Source: Promethearchaeati archaeon (GTDB taxonomy: Archaea; Asgardarchaeota; Heimdallarchaeia; Heimdallarchaeales; Heimdallarchaeaceae). Taken from it: a DNA stretch of 25,866 nt. Below the pieces are notes generated by a model that did no database searches, was not told the origin of the DNA, and saw only the letters and a list, made by a program, of their open reading frames with translations. Position 1 is the first letter of the stretch; every line of letters starts with the position of its first letter. Positions 18,282 to 25,866 of the stretch are shown piece by piece. The position numbers were made by a program, and so were the translations under genes. Location: NCBI GenBank assembly GCA_013166775.1, contig JABLTJ010000039.1:1-25866 (forward strand). Direction: 5' to 3'.

Positions 18282-19238
18282 TTATTTTTTCCTTTTTCTG
18301 CTCATGATAATTGGTGTGGCAATAAGAATAGTACTAAGTAAGACTAAGGATGGAACTGAATATTCTGATATGAGTGGAATAATACCAACAACTTTTGTTG
18401 CATTGAAATAATAGTAAAGATCTGCTGTAGAATTGTATTCAATCCAATGTAAGACAATACCAGTTTGCTTTTCGTAAAAAAAGGTTGTTTCACCTATTGT
18501 GTATGGTTCTGGAGATCCTAATCCTGAAATGTCAACCATTATCACTGCTTCTTCATGATGCACCTCAATAACTTCATATTTTTCTGTCTCACTGATTTCA
18601 TATTCCTTGAATCCCATAACTTCTCCTGTATATGTACCGTAGTCAATCTCTTGACCTATTGTTGCTTGAGGAGAAATTGCATATCTAGTTAAAGGCATTA
18701 GTTGCAGTTCAAAAGCATTTCCAAGTACAAAACTTAAATACCAAATACTAATATTTGAGTATAATTCTGACTCAGTGTCTATGTCTATTAAAGTGTAATT
18801 CACTCCATGATATGTGACTATTAGATCTTCCTCTGCAATGTCCATTGAATCTGTTATGTTGAGGAAGAATAATACTGCGTCTTCTACAGTCTCTGTGTAA
18901 AATCTGGAAGCTGGTAAGAGTACTGTTCTATTATCTTCCATAATTAAAGAAGTTACAATTTGTCTCTTAACATAATAGGGTGGGTTAGGTGGTGTATCTG
19001 TCATATTTCTAATCATTTCTACTAGATTTTCATCAGTGAAAGGGTCATACCAAATCTTGTCTATACCAAACTCCATTGTCCCAGAAATTTCATATTGATT
19101 AAGGTCTCCAGATACACTTATTCCTTCAGTAAGTTCGAGCAGATTAGGTGCTGTTTCGCTTCTCACAGTTAGTGACGTAAGTAAGAATACTATGAATATT
19201 AATACCAAAACTTTATTGTGCTTATTCATAGGCATCAA
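18282..19238 (-). CDS. Acidic secreted/surface protein with a PEF-CTERM-like C-terminal anchor
   Basis: Signal peptide; C-terminus PLISEYSVPSLVLLSTILIATPIIMSRKRKK. Confidence 0.85.
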   Translation of the reverse strand: MMPMNKHNKVLVLIFIVFLLTSLTVRSETAPNLLELTEGISVSGDLNQYEISGTMEFGIDKIWYDPFTDENLVEMIRNMTDTPPNPPYYVKRQIVTSLIMEDNRTVLLPASRFYTETVEDAVLFFLNITDSMDIAEEDLIVTYHGVNYTLIDIDTESELYSNISIWYLSFVLGNAFELQLMPLTRYAISPQATIGQEIDYGTYTGEVMGFKEYEISETEKYEVIEVHHEEAVIMVDISGLGSPEPYTIGETTFFYEKQTGIVLHWIEYNSTADLYYYFNATKVVGIIPLISEYSVPSLVLLSTILIATPIIMSRKRKK

Positions 19239-19453
19239 ATAGAAGCTACTTTATTTTTATATAAAAAGTCTACGCACAAGAATTAATAATCTAAATTTAT
19301 TTAAATCATTACCATTACATTATCTCGAAACTATTGATTAAACTCAAGAATTAATAAGAGAAAAAAAAAGAGAAGATATTCTATATGTTAAATTTAGAGT
19401 ATATTCAATAGAATTTAATAAGTTGAAGCTTGAAAAGTTAAATTAGGAAGGAT

Positions 19454-20407
19454 TTGATTATTGTGATTAATACTGTTTTAGGACCTATTTCTGAAGATGA
19501 ATTAGTTGTTACACTAATGCATGAACACATTGTTGTGAATATAGTGGGTGAAGAAAGTTCTGAAAAAACTTATACAACAGAGGATGTATTAGCTTATGTT
19601 TTACCTTACTTGATGGAAGCTAAAGAAAAAAATCTTCAGACTATTGTAGAAGCTACACCTCTTGGTCTTGGAAGAGATCTAGATGTTTTAGTACAGTGCT
19701 CTATGAAATCTGGGATCAATATTGTCACCTGTACTGGTGCTTGGGAGGGAATGGATTACAGGGGAAAATGTGTTCCCGCAACTATTAAAGAAATGTCCAT
19801 TGATGAAATAGCTGATGTCTGGATTAAAGAATTTGAAGAAGGCATCGATAGTACTGGAATAAAACCAGGTTTCATTAAACTCGCATTAGGTGATGAAGGA
19901 AAAATCTTTCCTTTACAAGAAAAACTGCTTCGAGCTGCAGTTAGAACTAGTAACAAAACAGGAATGGTTATTCAGTGCCATATCTTTGAATCATCATCCT
20001 TACCTAGTGCTATTAGAATTATCGAGGAAGAAAAATTGCCTTATGATAGATTCATCTGGGTACATGCTGATGGACAAATGGACATGGAGAAGATTCTCGA
20101 ATCTGGAAAGAAAGGAATTTGGATGGAATTTGATTGCATAGGTTCAGCTGAAGATTTCTCTAAATACCCCCCAGCTATAAAGATATTACTTGAAGAAGAT
20201 TTGATTGAACAACTACTTTTTGGACAAGATTCTGGTTCCTATTGGATTAAAGAGGAAGAGGAAGAATGGCCAATGAGACCCTATGCGCGATTTTTCAATG
20301 AATTCATTCCGTTTTGTGAGAAAGAAGGAATTGATACTGAACTAATCAACAAAGTTATCATAGAAAACTCAAAGCGAGCCCTTTCAATCAAACACATAAA
20401 TAAGTAA
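19454..20407 (+). CDS. Phosphotriesterase/lactonase family amidohydrolase
   Basis: INTVLGPI, TLMHEH, EATPLGLGRD, GFIKLA, QCH, WVHAD and GQD metal-ligand motifs; start may be GTG 19463. Confidence 0.93.
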   Translation: MIIVINTVLGPISEDELVVTLMHEHIVVNIVGEESSEKTYTTEDVLAYVLPYLMEAKEKNLQTIVEATPLGLGRDLDVLVQCSMKSGINIVTCTGAWEGMDYRGKCVPATIKEMSIDEIADVWIKEFEEGIDSTGIKPGFIKLALGDEGKIFPLQEKLLRAAVRTSNKTGMVIQCHIFESSSLPSAIRIIEEEKLPYDRFIWVHADGQMDMEKILESGKKGIWMEFDCIGSAEDFSKYPPAIKILLEEDLIEQLLFGQDSGSYWIKEEEEEWPMRPYARFFNEFIPFCEKEGIDTELINKVIIENSKRALSIKHINK

Positions 20408-20507
20408 TTAAAATGAGAAAATCAAGAATAGAATAAGCTTTTTTACATTTCTAACCAATAAGTCCGGTAATTTTCTATATTTGGATAATAAAGTGGGTTG
20501 TTCCAAC

Positions 20508-20690
20508 TTACTGACTGAATTGTAAAGAATACAACTGATGGAATTTTCCGTTTTTCTTGAGTAATTCTCGAAACGTTCCTTCTTCGATAATTTTTCCAGC
20601 TTCTAGGACAATTATTCGATTCACATTTTTAATTGTACTTAATCTATGAGCAATAATTATTGTAATTCTGTTTTCTATCATCTTATTAAG
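20508..20690 (-). pseudogene. 3' remnant of an ABC exporter (MsbA-like) ATP-binding domain
   Basis: LNKMIENRITIIIAHRLSTIKNVNRIIVLEAGKIIEEGTFRELLKKNGKFHQLYSLQFSQ*; only the H-loop region, with no Walker motifs. Confidence 0.92.
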
Positions 20691-20698
20691 TGATTATT

Positions 20699-20767
20699 TT
20701 GAAAGAGTATGATTTAATTGTAATTGGAACAGGTTCTGCAATGAATACTCCTTATTTAATGAATTAA
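20699..20767 (+). pseudogene. 5' remnant of a pyridine nucleotide-disulfide oxidoreductase (dihydrolipoyl dehydrogenase-like) gene
   Basis: TTG start: MKEYDLIVIGTGSAMN, then unrelated sequence and a stop. Confidence 0.7.
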
Positions 20768-20819
20768 TTTTGTCATGCTGTAAAAAAATCTTTTTCTTCG
20801 ATTTCTTTGATATATTTTT

Positions 20820-21761
20820 CTATCTTTTTGATAGGTATATCCGATAGCTAATTGCAATAAACACTAATCCCACAAATCCAAATATCCATTGTAGACTTAC
20901 AGCTAATTCCTCATCTATCTCATCAATTGTATAAGTCATTTCGTGATTCAAGTAAAGTTTGTATTTACCATTAACTTCTCTATATTCCTCATTTTTTCCT
21001 TCATAATTGTAGAGGACTCCCTGATTGTTGTATTGAAATAAAGCTTTGTTGAAGATTTTCTTTCCTGGAAAATCAACTATCTCGATAAAGAATGTATATT
21101 CGTAATTGTAGGAATATCCCTCAAATTTCTTCCTTTGCATTCTAAAACTATTTTTAAATTCAAGTTCAAAATCAGTATAGATTAATTCATAAACTGTATA
21201 ATTTGTTTCGAAACTGAAACTGGGCGATAAAACTGGAAGGAATAAACATCCTATATAGTCCCACATACCCATTGGCATAGGAAGATCGATTGGATCTATT
21301 GGAATATTTGCTTCGAATCCTAGAAACTCGTTGTTTCTTGGGTCAACAAATCCTACTTTTTGTTCGGTATCATTGTAAACATATGTCGCTTTAACACTCT
21401 CTGTTTCATCATCATACTCGAGGGCTTCTAAAAATTCATCATAACATTCTTCACTCTCACAATGAATATAACCAAGAAATGTCACCCATTTTGTAGTCCT
21501 AAAGGTTATGATATTTTCATTACTTACCACATCCCAAATCATTACTTCTTCTGTTGTTGTATTCGAATATTCCAATCCACCACTACCTTCAATATCATAT
21601 CTAGTTCTTTCAGAAACCTGAGAATATGTATATGTGTCTCTAGATATTCCCCAATAATTTTCTGCTTGTGATGTGAATGATAAAGGACAAAAGACTAATA
21701 GCAGCATCAAAGAAATAAAAATTAGTTTGTTTTGTTTTTTCCTAACTCCTCTTTTTAGCAT
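20820..21761 (-). CDS. Uncharacterised secreted/surface protein with C-terminal TM anchor; paralogue of 1834..2778
   Basis: Signal peptide; RDTYTY, IWDV, ITFRT, HCESEECYDEF, FVDP, QRKKFEGY, YNNQGVLY and WIFG shared with the paralogue. Confidence 0.87.
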   Translation of the reverse strand: MLKRGVRKKQNKLIFISLMLLLVFCPLSFTSQAENYWGISRDTYTYSQVSERTRYDIEGSGGLEYSNTTTEEVMIWDVVSNENIITFRTTKWVTFLGYIHCESEECYDEFLEALEYDDETESVKATYVYNDTEQKVGFVDPRNNEFLGFEANIPIDPIDLPMPMGMWDYIGCLFLPVLSPSFSFETNYTVYELIYTDFELEFKNSFRMQRKKFEGYSYNYEYTFFIEIVDFPGKKIFNKALFQYNNQGVLYNYEGKNEEYREVNGKYKLYLNHEMTYTIDEIDEELAVSLQWIFGFVGLVFIAISYRIYLSKR

Positions 21762-21919
21762 TGGTTATCAAAGAAATAATTCTATAACCTTCTATATATA
21801 CATTACTAAGTTATTTAATCTGGATTAGTAAAAGATCCTAGGAACCTATTAAGATATTTCATCTGTAGCTCCTACATATTGCTTAAATAGATTAGACTAA
21901 TTATGCTATCTTATAATGT

Positions 21920-22145
21920 CAAATAATGAATTCTCTCAAATCGGTATTCATGGAAGGAACAGAAACATTCACTATAAAATTGAAACTTAATCCAACAGTT
22001 GCTAATCATTCTATGTTTAGGTTAGCTATGTTGAAAGGAATGTTATAGTTTTCAGCTTTTGATAGAGAACAAATAAAAATCTGTTTGACTACAAATAATA
22101 TTATGCTTTTCATGATCAATATAGAAACTTTCTTTTCTCTTTCAC
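21920..22145 (-). pseudogene. Probable decayed 5' part of a secreted protein gene
   Basis: GTG overlapping the GNAT stop (TAGTG): MKEKRKFL/LIMKSIILFVVKQIFICSLSKAENYNIPFNIANLNIE*LATVGLSFNFIVNVS; one frameshift and internal stops. Confidence 0.4.
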
Positions 22146-23176
22146 TATAATTTTTCTTCTATTTTTTTAATTTCTATTTTCATTAAATATTCTGACATAT
22201 GTTTTTTGTATCCCATTTTTTTATTAATAGCTAGCATTGGTAAATTGTTATTTGCATTCCCTGTTTCGATATAATCTATCTTGGGATAATTTTCTTTAAT
22301 ATAGAGAAACATATCTGCTTTTAGCCATTTTCCTAATCCTCTACCTCGATATTTAGGTAAAACTCCTGTCATTTCTTGTTCTATCATGTGAGGCATATGT
22401 TTGTTATAGAATATTTCAGTCAAACCACATATAGTTCCATCTTCTTCTCTGGTTATTTTTGTTATCCAAGTATAGCCTTTTTCTGTGTAAAACTGTTCGT
22501 AATATCTTCTACTCTCTGGAGTTACTTTTAATCCTTGATAATCACCCGATTCATAATCAGGAGCTTGGTTTTCTGTTATTGTATATATTTTCGTGAATTC
22601 TTCTATATCTTCTTCTGGAACATCTTGGAAGGTTTCAATTCTTACTCCTTTTGCTCTTTCTTTTCCTTCTTCACACCATTTTTCCATTTCTTTCCATTTA
22701 ATCTCCCTGTAGTATAATCTGTTTCTTGATCTATCTGCTGCAATAATCCCTCCAAAATGCTCAATAAATTTTCTCCCCGATTCTAGATTTGTGACAGTTT
22801 GAAAAGTTTTTTTTCCCAATTCTTTTGCTTTATCTACTAATACTTTCAATAGTTCCGAGCCAATTTTCTTCCTTCTGAATTCTTTTGTTACAATAATAGT
22901 AATATCTGCTATGGATTTGTTTGTTTCAAACATTGGAGATTTTTTATTGGGGTAACTTAAACGAGCATAACCAAGAATTTCCTTTAATTCTGAAAAAACA
23001 ATCCAACGAAAAATTTCCTCTTGAGAACTATCTTCCAGAATAGCTTTTCTTATCAATTCTGGTGGAGCAGGTGGATCATCAGGATTTACTTCTCTCTGAA
23101 ATTCTATATTGAAATCAATATATTTATTCAAAATTGATTCATTCGTTTTATTAGGTATGAAGAGCTCTATTCCCAT
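22145..23176 (-). CDS. Tandem-domain GNAT N-acetyltransferase
   Basis: Two acetyl-CoA motifs (VTKEFRRKKIGSEL; TGVLPKYRGRGLGKWLK) and NLPMLAINKKMGY. Confidence 0.93.
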   Translation of the reverse strand: MGIELFIPNKTNESILNKYIDFNIEFQREVNPDDPPAPPELIRKAILEDSSQEEIFRWIVFSELKEILGYARLSYPNKKSPMFETNKSIADITIIVTKEFRRKKIGSELLKVLVDKAKELGKKTFQTVTNLESGRKFIEHFGGIIAADRSRNRLYYREIKWKEMEKWCEEGKERAKGVRIETFQDVPEEDIEEFTKIYTITENQAPDYESGDYQGLKVTPESRRYYEQFYTEKGYTWITKITREEDGTICGLTEIFYNKHMPHMIEQEMTGVLPKYRGRGLGKWLKADMFLYIKENYPKIDYIETGNANNNLPMLAINKKMGYKKHMSEYLMKIEIKKIEEKL

Positions 23177-23208
23177 TTGATTTATTCTGTTTTTTAAGTT
23201 CTATAAAT

Positions 23209-23523
23209 TTATCTAAGCATTCTCTCTAATTTGAAAATCACTGGTCTTATACTATCTGGATAAACTCCATAGATAGTATTCTCTCCTGTCCAATCTTGAT
23301 ACCTTCCTCCAAATCTAAGAAATTCAACACTCTTGTATATACCATACCAAGCATGATAACAGAATCCCTCAGGCATGTCACCTGTCTCTTTCACTTCAAA
23401 TTCTTGATTTTCCTTCATGAAGCTTTTAGTTATTGGCTTTCCTGACTCACGAATAAAATCTTCTCCAATGATATCTTTGGGCTCAAATTGCTTTACTACT
23501 GTAACTTTTACATTATATGACAT
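23209..23523 (-). CDS. TIGR04076-family protein
   Basis: VKVTVVK, MPEGFCYHAW and RPVIFKLER motifs; GGAGGA lies just upstream of ATG 23523, favouring it over 23538. Confidence 0.8.
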   Translation of the reverse strand: MSYNVKVTVVKQFEPKDIIGEDFIRESGKPITKSFMKENQEFEVKETGDMPEGFCYHAWYGIYKSVEFLRFGGRYQDWTGENTIYGVYPDSIRPVIFKLERMLR

Positions 23524-23669
23524 AATATTCTCCTCCATAAATTACTGCTATTTATCTTCAAAATATACTGTTTTTAGCAGTTAGAAATTACCTGATGCCC
23601 TTATAAGATTACCTTAAAATAAATTATAGTGGAATTAGAAATGATGAGCGTTAGAATTACTTAAGTAGA

Positions 23670-24121
23670 TTAAATCGATTTTATTTTTCCCATATTTTCT
23701 ATCTTATCGTATTTTTTCTTTTTTGATTGAAAGTGAACAATTATTGAAGCTTCCTCTAAAAATTTGTTAGAATCAATCAAATCTCTTTCCGCATATTTCA
23801 GAAGTTCAAAAACAAGTTGTAAATAACTTCTTATTATAGCATCTCTGAATTTCGCACTACCAAAAACGAATCCACCAGAAATATGAGTATAAATGTGTAA
23901 TTCATACTTTTCATTATTTCTTTTCCATTCAGCAAGAACCTCGTCTCTCATTAAACGTACATAGAATTTTTCAGTTTCTGATAATCATAATCTTTATCGA
24001 TGGATAGAAAAAGTTCTCCAGTAAAATCTGAATGTGTAAGTGTATACTTTCTGGAAAGTAAGTCAATATCACCTGAATAAAGATATTTTACTTGTAATTT
24101 ATTAGGATTGAAATTAACCAT
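23670..24121 (-). pseudogene. Second Stay-green family gene with a 1-nt frameshift
   Basis: Colinear with 16313..16765 from MVNFNPNKLQV to the stop, but 452 rather than 453 nt; the frame breaks at the T5 run 23967-23971. The ORF track shows only the C-terminal 93 aa. Confidence 0.88.
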
Positions 24122-24280
24122 TCTAATTCTAGTAAGATTAAATAAATAAAAATTTGTCTCAAAGTAGTAATATACTAATTATTCCTTCTGTTTTTATTTC
24201 CGCCTTATTTTTTTGATTTTTTATAAAAAGAATATAATAATTAACACCAATCTTTTTGAATATTATTGAGTTCTTTTATT

Positions 24281-25866
24281 ATGGAATCTTATAGTTTTAC
24301 TCACAAGGAAACTGTTTCAATTGTCTTAGCTGGTGCAGCAGGACAAGGAATTCAAACTTTAGAAAAAATTCTGGTTGATACATTAAGAAAACGATATCAT
24401 ATTTACGCTACTAAGGAGTATATGAGTAGGGTTAGAGGTGGAGTAAATTCTACTCAAATCAGAATCTCAAAACACAGAATTGCTGCTTTTGTTAACGAGA
24501 TTGACATCTTAATCCCCATACATAAAGATGTTATGAAACGTAAGAGTATTTTAAAAAGAGTAAATGAAAGAACTCTTATTATTGGCGATAAAACCGATCT
24601 TGATGAAGAGGATCTTAAAGATTATACTTTTGTTGATATTCCTTTTAACGCATTAGCCAAGGAGATGGGAGGAAAAATCTATTCTAATGTTATAGCAACA
24701 GGTATGTTGGTTGGTATATTGGATATTGAAGATGATCTAGCTATTGATAAAGTTAGAACTCAATTTAGTCGTAAATCCCAGGAAATTATTGATAATAATA
24801 TCAAAGCTATGAAAAAAGGTCTCGAAATTGGAAAGGATTTAGAAGTTAGAAAAGTAATTGAGGTTGAAATAGAACCAGAGGATGATCTTTCAAATAATAT
24901 TATTCTAGATGGATCTGAAGCAATTAGTATCGGAGCTATAGCTGGGGGATGTAACTTTATTGCTAGTTATCCAATGAGTCCTTCTACTGGTGTTCTTACT
25001 TATCTAAGTAGTGTATCACATAAGTTTGGAATTGTTGTTGATCAAGCAGAGGATGAGATATCCGCACTTAATATGGCTCTTGGTGCTTCATATGCAGGAG
25101 CACGAGCGATGGTAACAACTAGCGGTGGAGGTTTTGCTCTCATGAATGAAGCTTTGAGTCTTGCAGGAATGACAGAAACTCCTGTAGTAATCCATGTTGC
25201 CCAACGTCCAGGTCCAGCTACTGGACTCCCAACTAGAACTGAACAAGGAGATCTTGAATATGTCTTATATGCAGGTCATGGGTATTTTCCCCGAATAATA
25301 TTAGCTGCAGGAACAATTGAGGAAGGTATTGAATTAACTCACAAAGCATTCAATTTAGCTGATAAGTATCAAGTTCCAATTTTTATTCTCACAGACCAAT
25401 ATTACGTCGATTCATTTTATGATTTAGAAAAAGTGAATCTTGACAATCTCAAAAACGAATATCATATAATTGAGACTAAAGAAGATTATAAGAGGTACAA
25501 ATTAACTGAAAACGGAATCTCCCCAAGAGGAATTCCTGGTTTTGGTAAAGGATTTGTTGCAGTTGATAGTGATGAACATGATGAGATGGGAAGAATAACG
25601 GAAAATCATGATATGAGAAACAAAATGGTTGCTAAAAGAAAAGAGAAACTGAATCAGATTAAAAAAGAAATTCTTCATCCTGTTTTTATTGGTGAAGACG
25701 ATTATGAAGGTTTGATAATAGGTTGGGGATCAACTTTCAATATCATTTATGAAGCTCTTGAACATCTCAAAGAGAATAGAATTGCTTTTCTTCATTTCAA
25801 ACAAATTTATCCCTTACACCCAATAATTGAAGAATATTTCACAAAAGCTAAATTTACTGTTGTAAT
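24281..25866 (+). CDS. korA: 2-oxoacid:ferredoxin oxidoreductase subunit alpha (fused gamma-alpha type); runs off the right edge
   Basis: Manual translation: SIVLAGAAGQGIQT, EYMSRVRGG, ASYPMSPST, QAEDEISA, TTSGGGFALM, QRPGPATGLPTRTEQGDL and DSDEHDE. Not in the ORF track; substrate specificity not determined. Confidence 0.95.
   Translation, partial: MESYSFTHKETVSIVLAGAAGQGIQTLEKILVDTLRKRYHIYATKEYMSRVRGGVNSTQIRISKHRIAAFVNEIDILIPIHKDVMKRKSILKRVNERTLIIGDKTDLDEEDLKDYTFVDIPFNALAKEMGGKIYSNVIATGMLVGILDIEDDLAIDKVRTQFSRKSQEIIDNNIKAMKKGLEIGKDLEVRKVIEVEIEPEDDLSNNIILDGSEAISIGAIAGGCNFIASYPMSPSTGVLTYLSSVSHKFGIVVDQAEDEISALNMALGASYAGARAMVTTSGGGFALMNEALSLAGMTETPVVIHVAQRPGPATGLPTRTEQGDLEYVLYAGHGYFPRIILAAGTIEEGIELTHKAFNLADKYQVPIFILTDQYYVDSFYDLEKVNLDNLKNEYHIIETKEDYKRYKLTENGISPRGIPGFGKGFVAVDSDEHDEMGRITENHDMRNKMVAKRKEKLNQIKKEILHPVFIGEDDYEGLIIGWGSTFNIIYEALEHLKENRIAFLHFKQIYPLHPIIEEYFTKAKFTVV

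Noticed and set aside
13822-22717. Track ORFs 13822..14019, 14518..14727, 15023..15265, 15929..16270, 16986..17252, 18166..18411, 19756..19956, 19890..20141, 21462..21671 and 22535..22717
   Set aside because: Antisense or alternate-frame shadows of real genes or remnants (16986..17252 is antisense to the flavin reductase/beta-helix stumps).
291-24280. Integron cassette array or dif-module array
   Set aside because: Gene content is cassette-like, but I found no recurring attC (RYYYAAC...GTTRRRY) or 11-6-11 dif-like site; scattered ttctaac/gttagaa hits are about what AT-rich DNA gives; no integrase.
1-25866. CRISPR array, tRNA, rRNA, IS/transposase
   Set aside because: No regularly spaced repeats, no GC-rich structured RNA segment and no transposase motifs seen.

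Overview
AT-rich (roughly 30% GC by eye) accessory region, very probably archaeal. It has BRE/TATA promoters about 22-28 nt upstream of start codons and many secreted proteins with a C-terminal TM helix plus basic tail. The overall style suggests an Asgard/Heimdallarchaeia-like genome (inference only). It lies between a truncated DUF262 defence gene (left) and a housekeeping 2-oxoacid:ferredoxin oxidoreductase alpha gene (right). It holds about 22 mostly stand-alone genes: beta-helix and LVIVD surface proteins, two paralogous unknown CESEECYDE surface proteins, two alpha/beta hydrolases, two Stay-green (Mg-dechelatase) homologues (one frameshifted), transglutaminase-like, ATC-hydrolase-like, CPBP protease, a membrane-tethered winged-helix regulator, MNT-HEPN toxin-antitoxin, serine hydrolase, SDR, phosphotriesterase-like, GNAT and TIGR04076 proteins. 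The most striking unannotated structure is in the spacers. Most long intergenic regions contain 50-280 bp gene stumps, mostly 3' ends with their stop codons. Several are diverged, co-oriented copies of genes intact elsewhere in this window, and one fusion junction shows microhomology. No integrase, transposase, RT, CRISPR or attC site was found. A 37-bp duplicated promoter/operator links the membrane-anchored regulator to its neighbouring membrane protein. All family assignments come from motif recognition, not database searches.
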